Shown here: piece by piece, positions 49,724 through 59,237 of the stretch
Numbering within the stretch: position 1 is the first letter of the stretch
Layout of the letters: each line of letters begins with the position of its first letter
NCBI GenBank assembly: GCA_944386755.1
Contig: CALXCF010000002.1
Coordinates: forward strand, 8,587 to 72,586
DNA length: 64,000 nucleotides
Source of the DNA: an uncultured Clostridia bacterium
GTDB taxonomy: Bacteria; Bacillota; Clostridia; TANB77; CAG-508
Reading direction: 5' to 3'
Notes under the pieces: generated by a model
What the model was told of the DNA's origin: nothing
Database searches by the model: none
What the model saw: only the letters and a program-made list of their open reading frames with translations
Program-made: the position numbers and the translations under genes

Positions 49724-51466
49724 CTATGAAGCATGAACTTTTGGATTCACATATAATGTATGATTATGAGTATAAATTACCATGCCCGGTTTTGAACCAC
49801 TAGGTTTTTTAACATATCTAACTTCACAATAATCAACAGGAACATTAGAAGAATTTTTAGCTTTACTATGCATAGCAGTAATTTCAGCACATCTAATTAA
49901 TACATCTTCATCTGGTATATCATTAGAATTTAATCTTAAAATCGCATGACTACCATGAATATCCTTAGTGTGAAACCAAATATCATTTTTTGATGCGTAT
50001 TTCAAAGTTAAATAGTCATTTTCTTTGTTATTCCTACCAACTAAAAGTTGATAATTTCCGATTGTATATTTAATAGGGTTAAATGAAACATTTTTATTTT
50101 TAGTTAAAGAAGATTTCTTTACTTTATTCTTTTTATTAGAAGAAAGTTTTTTAGTTTTCTCTGAAAATATAACATTTTCAGAGATTTCTTCAAATATAGA
50201 ATATATTTCATCCAAAGTTGATGCCGCTTCTAACTCATAAACTATACTCTCTATATAATCCAATTCTTTTAAAGTATCATCTTTTTGTTTTGTTACTATT
50301 TCCAAAGTATTTTTCAACTTATTATATTTCTTAAAAAAACGCTTAGCATTAATAGATGGAGAATATATACTATCTAATTTTATTATTATTTCCTTATTAT
50401 TATCATAATAATTTTCAAGAGAAATCTCAGAAACAGGTTTATTATCTATTCTATATAAATTTGCAGTAATTAATTCTCCATAAAGTTGATATTTCTGCAT
50501 ATCATCACATTCTGCTAATTTCTTATTCATATTATCAAGACGCTTTTTATACTTATTCAAAACTTCTAATATCATTTTTAAAACACTATCACGATAAGTT
50601 TTAAACTCTAAAGAAGATTCCTTTTCATAATAAAAATCATCTAAAAAGAAACTTAAAGAAAAAGTAGGTTTAACATCATTTGAAATCTTAATATAATAAT
50701 CCTTCTTATCCTTTTTATAATTTAACAAGCCAAAATCTAACTTACCATTATCAGTATTATAAATAACAGTTTGAATATAATTATACAATTTTTCCAAACT
50801 TTCAGAATTGATACTATCAATTCCTAATTCATAAATTGCACCTTTTACAAAAGTTTGACTAATTCCATTAAATAGATTAGCGATAATAGAAGGTAATTCA
50901 TCCAAACTGCTACTGATAGATATTAAATTAGAAAAATTATCAAAAGATGAACATTCTAAAAAGTTTTGTTTTTCAGTAGAAGGATAAACATATTTAGTAT
51001 GTGGAACTATATTTCGAAAACCATTTTCTTGGTGTATATGACGCATACTATCTATAATATTATTTTCTTCATCTAATAATATAATATTGCAATGTTTTCC
51101 CATTAACTCAATAATTAGCTTTTTGTTTAGAATATCATCAACTTCATCAAAACCTTCAAACTCAATTGTAATTACTCTTTCTAAATTATTTGTAATTACA
51201 TTTTTTATATGTAATCCTAATAAATGTTTACGAAGCACCATACAAAAATTAGGTGCAACCTGAGGATTAGACTTTGGGTGAGTTGTTAAATGAATTCTAT
51301 AATTACTTGAATCTATATTTATATTAATTAAGAAATTCTTTTTATTTAAATAACAACCAATTAAAATGTTATTTTTACTTGGCTGAAATATTTTATCTAT
51401 TCTTGCACCAGATAGTTCTTGAAGTTCTGATGCTATTGCTCTTGTAACTATTCCATCAAATGCCAT
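49724..51466 (-). CDS. rqcH: RqcH / Rqc2 homologue (NFACT-N, coiled coil, NFACT-R) ribosome quality-control protein (annotated in older literature as FbpA, fibronectin-binding protein A)
   Basis: MAFDGIVTRAIASEL N-terminus, central coiled coil, C-terminal NFACT-R (DIWFHTKDIHGSH...KPGMVIY); start at the internal ATG (M5 of the track ORF), which has the better RBS spacing. Confidence 0.8.
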   Translation of the reverse strand: MAFDGIVTRAIASELQELSGARIDKIFQPSKNNILIGCYLNKKNFLININIDSSNYRIHLTTHPKSNPQVAPNFCMVLRKHLLGLHIKNVITNNLERVITIEFEGFDEVDDILNKKLIIELMGKHCNIILLDEENNIIDSMRHIHQENGFRNIVPHTKYVYPSTEKQNFLECSSFDNFSNLISISSSLDELPSIIANLFNGISQTFVKGAIYELGIDSINSESLEKLYNYIQTVIYNTDNGKLDFGLLNYKKDKKDYYIKISNDVKPTFSLSFFLDDFYYEKESSLEFKTYRDSVLKMILEVLNKYKKRLDNMNKKLAECDDMQKYQLYGELITANLYRIDNKPVSEISLENYYDNNKEIIIKLDSIYSPSINAKRFFKKYNKLKNTLEIVTKQKDDTLKELDYIESIVYELEAASTLDEIYSIFEEISENVIFSEKTKKLSSNKKNKVKKSSLTKNKNVSFNPIKYTIGNYQLLVGRNNKENDYLTLKYASKNDIWFHTKDIHGSHAILRLNSNDIPDEDVLIRCAEITAMHSKAKNSSNVPVDYCEVRYVKKPSGSKPGMVIYTHNHTLYVNPKVHAS

Positions 51467-51614
51467 AATTATTAACATCCTTTCTGATTTAAAAACAAAA
51501 TTTCTATAAAATTATACCACATCAAACCACAAAAAAACAGTGAGATTTTAAAATTTATATTGATTTCAGAAATTTAAACATATATAATAATAAAAAAATC
51601 AAAGGAGGAAAAAG

Positions 51615-53336
51615 ATGGATTTAGATAAAGTATATGAATTAATAAGTAATATACCAGTAACAGAACAAAATGAAGAATTACTCGAAGAAATCAAAGATGA
51701 TTTAGCAAAAGGAGAATATAAAGCTGCAATGGAAAAATTACAAAAGATTAAAGAAATGGAAAACAGTGAAGATGCAGTAAAAAAAGTTACTAGAAAGAAA
51801 AACAAAAAAGAAGAAAATAAATCAATATATCCTGCATTATTAAGTAACATAGAATTAGAACATATATATATAGGATTACTATTAAATGACCCCCAATATA
51901 TTGTAAAATACTATTTTCTACATGATGATTGTTATTTTGAAGATAGCGAAATGTTAAATATATATAAAAGCGTGCTATTTACAGAAGGTGGGGCATACAC
52001 ACCAGAAGCTGCAAAAGAAGGTTTTAACTTTGCAAGAGAAAACGAAAAAACATATGAATTAAAAGGCGAATTAAAACAAAAAGTTCAAGATAAACAATAT
52101 AATATGGAAAAAGTGTATCTTGAATTGAAAAAACTTTTTGTGTTAAGAAAACATTATTTAGCAATACCAATTCAAGCGATTCAAGACAAAGTAGTTGAAA
52201 TTAGAGAATATGAATTATATGACAAAATGTCAGTTGAAGAAGTTGAAAACGCAGTAATACAAGTAAGTGATACAGAAAAATTTAAGAGAAGTATATTAAA
52301 TGAAGGTTTAACAAGTTTCTTAGAATTAGGAGATAACAACTTAACAAATGGTTTGCCATTACCATTTTCAATTTTAACACAAGTATTTAAAGGAATAAGA
52401 AAAGGGGAGACTATGGCATTTGCAATGCCTTCAAATTCAGGAAAAAGTAGATTTACAATAGATATTGCAGCACATACAGCTTTTGTACACAAAAAGAAAG
52501 TTTTAATCATATCAAATGAAATGTCAGAAGAAAAAATGAAACTATGTTTAATAACTACAATATTAAACAATAAATCTATTCAAAAATTACATGGTCAAGA
52601 AATACAAAAAACAGAGGGAGAACTATTAGATTTTAAATTTAGACCAGATGAAGGAAAAAAAGTAGAAGTAGATGAAAATGGCTTTGTAAAAAAGGGAGAA
52701 AAAGAAAAACAAGTAGATTTTGTAAAAAGATTAATGGAGGTTTCTAGTGAGTTTAAGAAAGTAATTAGTGTAACAGATTGGGTAAATAAAGAAATAAAAA
52801 ATTCAATATATTTTATCAATATAACAGACCATACAAATGATGAGCTAAGAAAAGTAATTTTAAATTATTACTACAAAGAAAAAATAGAATATGTATTTTA
52901 TGATACTTTGAAAACCGATACAGCAAATATTGGTATAGGTGAAGAATTAAAGAAAACAGCTACAATACTTTCAAATTTAGCACAAAATTTAGGAATCTAT
53001 ATCTGTTCAACTTTACAACTAGCTGAAAGTGATACATTGCCAGTAAATCTAAATGTAAATGATTTAGCAGTTAGCAGAACGGTTAAAGAGGTTTTAGATA
53101 CTTTATGTTTGATTAAACAGATTAACAGAGATACTTTAGATAAATATGAATATTCTTTACAAGAAGTTGATACTAAATTTTATGATTTGAAGAAATATGA
53201 AGACCCTGATGTTAGATATTATGCTTGTGTTGTTGATAAGAATAGAGCAGGTGCAAAACCTACTTTAGTGTTTAGACTTAATTTGGCTTATAATGTTTGG
53301 GAAGAGTTGGGATATTTGAGGTTGAAACAAAAATAA
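51615..53336 (+). CDS. Divergent DnaB-family hexameric helicase paralogue (about 70-aa N-terminal extension and about 90-aa insert)
   Basis: DnaB N-domain-like LLLNDPQYIV..; Walker A AMPSNSGKSRFTIDIAAH; SNEMS (SLEMS equivalent); Walker B IEYVFYDTL; C-terminal VVDKNRAGAKPTLVFRL (DnaB IIAKQRNGP.G equivalent). Confidence 0.6.
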   Translation: MDLDKVYELISNIPVTEQNEELLEEIKDDLAKGEYKAAMEKLQKIKEMENSEDAVKKVTRKKNKKEENKSIYPALLSNIELEHIYIGLLLNDPQYIVKYYFLHDDCYFEDSEMLNIYKSVLFTEGGAYTPEAAKEGFNFARENEKTYELKGELKQKVQDKQYNMEKVYLELKKLFVLRKHYLAIPIQAIQDKVVEIREYELYDKMSVEEVENAVIQVSDTEKFKRSILNEGLTSFLELGDNNLTNGLPLPFSILTQVFKGIRKGETMAFAMPSNSGKSRFTIDIAAHTAFVHKKKVLIISNEMSEEKMKLCLITTILNNKSIQKLHGQEIQKTEGELLDFKFRPDEGKKVEVDENGFVKKGEKEKQVDFVKRLMEVSSEFKKVISVTDWVNKEIKNSIYFINITDHTNDELRKVILNYYYKEKIEYVFYDTLKTDTANIGIGEELKKTATILSNLAQNLGIYICSTLQLAESDTLPVNLNVNDLAVSRTVKEVLDTLCLIKQINRDTLDKYEYSLQEVDTKFYDLKKYEDPDVRYYACVVDKNRAGAKPTLVFRLNLAYNVWEELGYLRLKQK

Positions 53337-53376
53337 AGGACAAAATTTATAAAAATCACTTGACACAAAAGAACAG

Positions 53377-54345
53377 ATGTTCTACAATAAGAACAATAAA
53401 AACAAGGATGTGATATTTATGAATGAAAACAATAATATTGCACTAGTAGATGAAGAAGTAAATATAGTAAAATATGATACAGAAAATATTAAGAATTTAA
53501 TTTATACAATTAGAGGTAAACAAGTAATGCTGGATAGTGATGTAGCTATGTTATATCAATACACAACTAAGAATATAAATAAAGCTATGAAAAGAAATAT
53601 TAATAGATTTCCAGAGGATTTTTGTTTCCAATTAACAGAAAAAGAAGTGGAAAAGTTGAGGTTCCAATTTGGAACCTCAAGTTTAAACAAAGAAAATTAT
53701 GGTGGAAGAAGGTATTTACCATATGTTTATACAGAACAAGGAATATCTATGTTAGCAGGAGTTCTAAAGAATGAGATAGCAATACAAGTTAGTATTAATA
53801 TTATAAGAGCCTTTATAGAAATGAGAAAATTTATTACAAATAATGCACAAGTATTTGAAAGATTAACAAATGTAGAATATAAATTATTGGAACATGATAA
53901 AAAATTTGATGAAGTATTTGATGAATTACAAAAAAATAAGAAAGAGGAATTTAATCAAAAAATATTTTTTGAAGGACAAATTTATGATGCATATAGTTTA
54001 ATTATAGATATTATAAAGCAAGCAGAACATAAAATATTAATTATAGATAACTACATTGATGATAGCATTTTAAAAATTTTATCAAAGAAAAATAAAAATG
54101 TAGAAGCAGTAGTTTTAACTTCACCAAACTGCAATTTAAATAGATTAGATATAAATAAATTTAACAAGCAGTATCCGGTATTAAAAGTAGCAAGAACTAA
54201 TAAATTTCATGACAGATTTATAGTAATAGATAACAAACAATTATATCATGTAGGAGCATCACTAAAAGATTTAGGAAAGAAATGTTTTGCTATTTCTAAG
54301 ATAGAAGATATGGGATATGTTGAGAAAATAAATGAATTAAGCTGA
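53377..54345 (+). CDS. ORF6N (KilA-N-like) domain protein with C-terminal PLD-like (HxK/R-x4-D...GAS) nuclease-type domain
   Basis: ORF6N-like LIYTIRGKQVMLDSDVAMLYQ...NINRFPEDFCFQLTEKEV; C-terminal FHDRFIVIDNKQLYHVGASLKDLGKK; the start could be the ATG at 53419. Confidence 0.55.
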   Translation: MFYNKNNKNKDVIFMNENNNIALVDEEVNIVKYDTENIKNLIYTIRGKQVMLDSDVAMLYQYTTKNINKAMKRNINRFPEDFCFQLTEKEVEKLRFQFGTSSLNKENYGGRRYLPYVYTEQGISMLAGVLKNEIAIQVSINIIRAFIEMRKFITNNAQVFERLTNVEYKLLEHDKKFDEVFDELQKNKKEEFNQKIFFEGQIYDAYSLIIDIIKQAEHKILIIDNYIDDSILKILSKKNKNVEAVVLTSPNCNLNRLDINKFNKQYPVLKVARTNKFHDRFIVIDNKQLYHVGASLKDLGKKCFAISKIEDMGYVEKINELS

Positions 54346-54363
54346 AATTAAAATGCATTAAAC

Positions 54364-54388
54364 TTGAGGTCACAAATTGTGACCTCAA
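54364..54388. terminator. Bidirectional terminator (10-bp perfect stem TTGAGGTCAC / GTGACCTCAA)
   Basis: between 53377-54345 (+) and asnB (-). Confidence 0.6.
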
Positions 54389-54395
54389 AACTATT

Positions 54396-56243
54396 TTACA
54401 ATTCAATTTTAGGCCCATACTTCTCAAGCCACATATTTACTTGACAAAGATAAGCCATAAGTTGCGGTCCAGTCATCAACTGACCAAACCAAGGCCTAGA
54501 AAAAGCCTTTCCATCAGTATTCAAAATATCCAAAATATAATCTCTATTAAGCAAACTATTAATAGGAGCATTTTTATCCTTCATAATATCAGTTAGCATC
54601 TCTTTAACCTTAGCTAAATAAGTAGGATTATGAGTTTTAGGATAAGGTGATTTTTTTCTATCGACAATTTCACCAGGAAGGAAATCTCGACACGCATACC
54701 TAAGTAAGCCTTTTTCTCTACCATTTAATGCTTTCATTTCCCAAGGAATATTCCAAACATATTCAGCTAAACGATAATCACAAAAAGGAACTCTAAGTTC
54801 AAAACCATTATACATAGCCATTCTATCAGAACGGTCCAAAAGAGTCTGCATAAACCAATTTAATGTTAAATGAGAAATTTTACGTTTCTCAGCAGTTTCT
54901 TTACTATCAATATTCAAAATTTCAACTTCACTCAAACTTTCATTATATCTAAAATCAATATACTCTTTCAACTTTACTTTGTTGCCAATAAAAGGATTTA
55001 ATAATTCTTGTCTTTCATTAATTGCAATAGACCAAGGAAAAGTATTACTTTCTAAAGCATCTTTACGGAAAAACCATGGATATCCACCAAATATTTCATC
55101 TGCACACTCACCAGTTAATGAAACAGTCATTTCTTTTTTGACATTTTTACAAAATAGAAGTAAAGAAGAATCAATATCAGCCATACCAGGCATATCTCTA
55201 GCAATCATTGCATCTTCCAAATATGATGCAAGTTCTGGTGTATCAATAACTATATTATGATGATGTGTATGCAAGTTTTTATTCATTAAATCAATATAGT
55301 AATTATCAGAATTTGGCTGAAAATCGCTTTTAACAAAATTTTTGTCATTATCCACGTAATCTATGGAATACGTATCTAAAGGTGGTAAACCTTGTTTTTC
55401 GCAATAATCAGCAGCAAATTTTGTAATTATACTAGAATCTAAACCGCCAGAAAGAAATGTACATAATGGAACATCAGATACTAATTGTCTAGTTATAGCA
55501 TCATTTAATAAAAATCTTAACTTTTCAGTAGTTTGTGCTAAATTATCTTTATGCTCTTTTGAAGTTAATTTCCAGTATCTTTCTATATGAATACCTGAGC
55601 TATTAAATATAGCAAAATGAGCAGGTTTTATTTCATAAATATTTTTAAAAACAGTAGTTCCAGCGGTATGAGCAGGACCTATACCAAATAATTCACATAT
55701 ACCTTGATTATCTAAAATCTTTTCAACATTTGGATATTCAAAGATTCCTTTAATTTCTGAAGCAAAAATAAGTGTTTCATTTTGTATTGTATAGAATAAT
55801 GGCTTCACTCCAAAATGGTCTCTTGCCAAAAACAATTCTTTTTTATGCTCATTCCAAATAGCAAATGCAAATATACCATTTAGATGATTTACTACTTCAT
55901 TTCCAAAATGTATATAACTTTTTAACAAAACCTCTGTATCACTATGACTATTAAAATTAAATCCATTTTCCTCTAAAGTTTTTCTCAGTTCTTTCGTATT
56001 ATAAATCTGACCATTATAAACAATTACATATTCACCATAAGAATATTTTTGAACCATTGGTTGCTTTCCGCCTTCTGGATCAATTACTATAAGTCTTCTA
56101 TGACCTAAAGCAACATGCTTATTTATGTAATAACCTTGTTCATCCGGACCACGATTTATAAGAGATAAATTCATTTTTTCTATGATTTCTTTTGAATTAG
56201 ATATATCTTCTTTAAAATTAGAAAATCCAACAAATCCACACAT
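54396..56243 (-). CDS. asnB: Asparagine synthase (glutamine-hydrolysing)
   Basis: 615 aa; N-terminal MCGFVGF (Ntn glutamine amidotransferase Cys2), PP-loop SGGLDSS. Confidence 0.9.
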   Translation of the reverse strand: MCGFVGFSNFKEDISNSKEIIEKMNLSLINRGPDEQGYYINKHVALGHRRLIVIDPEGGKQPMVQKYSYGEYVIVYNGQIYNTKELRKTLEENGFNFNSHSDTEVLLKSYIHFGNEVVNHLNGIFAFAIWNEHKKELFLARDHFGVKPLFYTIQNETLIFASEIKGIFEYPNVEKILDNQGICELFGIGPAHTAGTTVFKNIYEIKPAHFAIFNSSGIHIERYWKLTSKEHKDNLAQTTEKLRFLLNDAITRQLVSDVPLCTFLSGGLDSSIITKFAADYCEKQGLPPLDTYSIDYVDNDKNFVKSDFQPNSDNYYIDLMNKNLHTHHHNIVIDTPELASYLEDAMIARDMPGMADIDSSLLLFCKNVKKEMTVSLTGECADEIFGGYPWFFRKDALESNTFPWSIAINERQELLNPFIGNKVKLKEYIDFRYNESLSEVEILNIDSKETAEKRKISHLTLNWFMQTLLDRSDRMAMYNGFELRVPFCDYRLAEYVWNIPWEMKALNGREKGLLRYACRDFLPGEIVDRKKSPYPKTHNPTYLAKVKEMLTDIMKDKNAPINSLLNRDYILDILNTDGKAFSRPWFGQLMTGPQLMAYLCQVNMWLEKYGPKIEL

Positions 56244-56360
56244 AAAATCTTTCCTCCATTATTGCATGATTAATATATATTGTATGCAAAAAATACTATA
56301 AAATTTATTGATTTTAGAAAAAAGTTGTAGTAGACTTATAACTGAAAGGAAAGATTATAA

Positions 56361-56900
56361 ATGCTAATAAAAAATATAATAAAACATTTTTGTTTAATTA
56401 CTCACCATAAATGGGTAGTATTTAAATTATGCTGTAAACTAGGATTATACTGGAGAGGATTAATGCATGACATTTCAAAATATTCATGGACAGAATTTGG
56501 TGAAAGCATAAAATATTATCAAGGAAATCGTTCTCCAATAATGGCTGCAAGGGAAGACAAAGGATATTCAGAAGCATGGTTACATCATAAGGGAAGGAAT
56601 AAACATCATCATGAATATTGGATAGATGAATTATCTCCAAATCAAACACCTATTATTCCATATAAATATGCAACAGAAATGTTATGCGACAAATTAGCAG
56701 CAGGAATAGTATATCAAGGAAAAAATTGGACAAAAGAATATGAACTTGGTTATTGGAATAGAGAAAAAGAAAAAATTAAAACAAATGAAAACATCAAAGA
56801 CTTTATCACAGAAGCATTAGAAATGGTTGCAAAAGATGGGATAGATAAGACTTTAACCAAGAAAAATATTAAAGATTTATATAATAAACATTGTAAATAA
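56361..56900 (+). CDS. hypothetical His-rich protein, HD-like motifs (H..HD, HHKGRNKHHHEYW)
   Basis: 179 aa; possible HD-superfamily or DUF5662-like protein; weak assignment. Confidence 0.4.
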   Translation: MLIKNIIKHFCLITHHKWVVFKLCCKLGLYWRGLMHDISKYSWTEFGESIKYYQGNRSPIMAAREDKGYSEAWLHHKGRNKHHHEYWIDELSPNQTPIIPYKYATEMLCDKLAAGIVYQGKNWTKEYELGYWNREKEKIKTNENIKDFITEALEMVAKDGIDKTLTKKNIKDLYNKHCK

Positions 56901-56963
56901 GCAGAAATTTTGAAATTGCTTATATAAGTAAAGTTTATTTATAAGATAATTTTTAAATAGCTA

Positions 56964-56992
56964 TTGACAAAATAAAAAAATACTTGTATAAT
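56964..56992 (+). promoter_or_regulatory. Sigma-A consensus promoter (TTGACA, 17 bp, TATAAT) for rpmF
   Basis: -35 at 56964-56969, -10 at 56987-56992. Confidence 0.55.
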
Positions 56993-57062
56993 TTTATAGT
57001 GATTAAAATAATGGAAAAATGAACAGATATACACATATATCTAAAGCGAGGAGGGAATAAGT

Positions 57063-57254
57063 ATGGCACAACCAAAAAGAAGATGGTCAAAAGCAAGAAC
57101 ACATTCAAAAAGATCAACATGGAAAAAAGAATTACCAACTATGGCTACTTGCCCACATTGTCATGAGCCAGTAATGCCACACAGAGTTTGTAAAAACTGC
57201 GGATATTATGATGGTAAAGAAATAATATCAAAAAAAGAAACTGAAAATGCGTAA
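57063..57254 (+). CDS. rpmF: 50S ribosomal protein L32
   Basis: MAQPKRRWSKARTHSKRSTW...CPHCHEPVMPHRVCKNCGYY; 63 aa. Confidence 0.95.
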   Translation: MAQPKRRWSKARTHSKRSTWKKELPTMATCPHCHEPVMPHRVCKNCGYYDGKEIISKKETENA

Positions 57255-57261
57255 TCAATAG

Positions 57262-57284
57262 CACCTTTTAAAAGGTGTTTTTTG
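57262..57284 (+). terminator. Rho-independent terminator (palindrome CACCTTTTAAAAGGTG followed by T6)
   Basis: read directly from the sequence, 8 nt after the rpmF stop. Confidence 0.65.
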
Positions 57285-57287
57285 GTT

Positions 57288-57342
57288 TATTGGGGACGTG
57301 CCAAATCGTTTCAAAATGAAACAAAAGGGACAGACCTTCAAT
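57288..57342. repeat. GGGAC-family repeat copy (TTGGGGACGTGCCAAATCGTTTCAAAATGAAACAAAAGGGACAGACCTTCAA)
   Basis: shares GGGGACGTGCC and GGGACAGACCTT with other copies; internal palindrome GTTTCA-AAA-TGAAAC. Confidence 0.6.
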
Positions 57343-57362
57343 TTTCTTTTAGGATATTTCCA

Positions 57363-57391
57363 TTGACAAAATTAAAATGTAAATGTAAAAT
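57363..57391 (+). promoter_or_regulatory. Sigma-A-type promoter (TTGACA, 17 bp, TAAAAT)
   Basis: -35 at 57363-57368, -10 at 57386-57391; upstream of the DUF308 gene. Confidence 0.45.
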
Positions 57392-57426
57392 ACTAATGAA
57401 AATAAATAAGAAAAGAAGTGATAGAT

Positions 57427-57960
57427 ATGTTAGAAAAATTATTAAAAAAATCAGGGTGGACAGATATAATAATAGCAATACTGTTTATTTTATTTGGAAT
57501 AATGCTAATAGCAAGTCCAGAAGTCATAACGGCCATGATTTCAATTATATTAGGAGTAATTTGTATACTTATAGGAATTTTAAAAATGTGTGACTACTTA
57601 GCAAAAGGAAAAAACGATAATTACTTATTAGCAATTTCAATCGTAGCAATTATAACTGGAATTATAGTTATGTTTTGTGGAGATGTAATATTTTCAATAT
57701 TCAGAATTCTAATTGCAATATGGATTATATATAGTGGAATAATGAATTTACAAACAGCAATTGTTTGGAAGGATTATAAATCTAAGTTATGGATAATAAC
57801 ATTAATCTTATCAATAGTTATGGTTGTTGCAGGAATATATATGTTAGTAAATCAAGGTGCAGTATTACAAATGGTAGGAGTAATAATATTAGCATATGGA
57901 ATAATTGATATTATCGAAAATGTCATATTTATCAAAAAAATTGATAATTACTTAGACTAA
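57427..57960 (+). CDS. HdeD/DUF308-family membrane protein
   Basis: six short TM helices with GxxxG-like spacing typical of DUF308; ATG at 57427 (the track ORF starts at GTG 57418). Confidence 0.6.
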   Translation: MLEKLLKKSGWTDIIIAILFILFGIMLIASPEVITAMISIILGVICILIGILKMCDYLAKGKNDNYLLAISIVAIITGIIVMFCGDVIFSIFRILIAIWIIYSGIMNLQTAIVWKDYKSKLWIITLILSIVMVVAGIYMLVNQGAVLQMVGVIILAYGIIDIIENVIFIKKIDNYLD

Positions 57961-58014
57961 GTACTAACTTAGTAAATACTAGATAAAATATTCATAAAAG
58001 ATATTGGGGGAACA

Positions 58015-58405
58015 ATGGAAAAAGAAAAATTTACAAAATTAAGCAAAAAAAGATTAAAAAATAGTTTTAAATATGCAATTCAAGGAATTCGGAAGTGCTT
58101 TAAAAACAGAACAAAATTTAAAAATACATTTTATTGTTACAATATTAGTTGTAATTTTAGGAATAGTATTAAAAATAAACTTTACAGAATGGGCTATATG
58201 CTTTTTACTTTTTGGATTTGTAATAACTGCAGAATTAATGAATACTGCAATTGAAGTAACAGTTGATTTGGCTATGCCAGATATAAATGAAAAAGCAAAA
58301 CTTGCAAAAGATATAGCTGCAGGAGCAGTTTTAGTCTCTTCAATAGTAGCTGTTTTAATAGGTTTAGCAATATTTTTACCTAAAATAATAGAACTAATAT
58401 TTTAA
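58015..58405 (+). pseudogene. dgkA: Diacylglycerol/undecaprenol kinase (DgkA family), +1 frameshift in an A5 run near 58096-58100
   Basis: the 58015 frame gives MEKEKFTKLSKKRLKNSFKYAIQGIRKCFK; the next frame gives TEQNLKIHFIVTILVVILG...AELMNTAIEVTVDLAMPD...AKDIAAGAVLV (DgkA core); removing one A joins them as ...GIRKCFKTEQNLKIH... Confidence 0.7.
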
Positions 58406-58566
58406 AATTTAGTAGGAAAAAAATAAAGTTGAGATAGAGAATTTAAAAGTTTTCTGTCTCAACTTTTTTTAGTTAGTTAATAAAGTTATTTAATAAAGAA
58501 AATAATATACACTTTAAGAACTTTTTGAAAAATAATGTCATATAATGCAGTGAAGGAGGAAGAAGT

Positions 58567-58929
58567 ATGTTTAGAAATTACAGAAAATGTGGTTGCATGA
58601 ACAATAACTATCAAAATGATTCTTGTGATATGCAAAATGATATTATTGAAACTCAATGTAGTGAAGTAAGTTCATATGAAGATATGTCTAATAGCTGTGA
58701 TTGTGGTTTTGATGAAGGATACAATGTATTCCCAGAAAATCCAATGTTAGGTCAAAGCTACGTACCATACCAATATATGGATAAAACATTTAAGCCTTGT
58801 GTTGGTTTAAAAATGGGAACAATTTTCCCAGAATTAGTCAGTCCTTATGTTCCTGGTCAAAGTATGGAGGAAATAAAGACGATAGAAAATATGAATACAA
58901 TAGGGAAGGGGTGCAATAAATGTCAATAG
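58567..58929 (+). CDS. cotJA: Spore coat-associated protein CotJA
   Basis: 120 aa; ...GQSYVPYQYMDKTFKPCVGLKMGTIFPEL... CotJA signature; first gene of cotJABC. Confidence 0.75.
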   Translation: MFRNYRKCGCMNNNYQNDSCDMQNDIIETQCSEVSSYEDMSNSCDCGFDEGYNVFPENPMLGQSYVPYQYMDKTFKPCVGLKMGTIFPELVSPYVPGQSMEEIKTIENMNTIGKGCNKCQ

Positions 58930-59237
58930 AAGAAAATAGAAATTGTGGATGTAATTGTATGTGCAATGAAGAAGAAAATACAGTAGATTGCGACATGAGA
59001 CGTGAAATGATTCAAGAAATTAGATGTTTAGAATTTGGTATTACTGAACTTGCACTATATTTAGATACACATCCAGAAGATGAAAAAGCTCTTTGTTTGC
59101 ATAGAAAATATTGCAAACAAGTAAAAGATTTAAAAGACAAATATCAAAAAGTTTATGGCCCTCTTACTATAAATTATCCTTGCAACAAGTGGAGATGGTT
59201 AGAAGAGCCATGGCCATGGGAAAGGGGGAATTTCTAA
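58920..59237 (+). CDS. cotJB: Spore coat protein CotJB
   Basis: 105 aa; EFGITELALYLDTHPEDEKAL...YGPLT...PWPWE. Confidence 0.8.
   Translation: MSIEENRNCGCNCMCNEEENTVDCDMRREMIQEIRCLEFGITELALYLDTHPEDEKALCLHRKYCKQVKDLKDKYQKVYGPLTINYPCNKWRWLEEPWPWERGNF

Noticed and set aside
59111-59236. Upstream extension of cotJC overlapping cotJB
   Set aside because: The MWTYNK start at 59237 has an RBS and matches the CotJC N-terminus. The extension is the out-of-frame overlap with cotJB.
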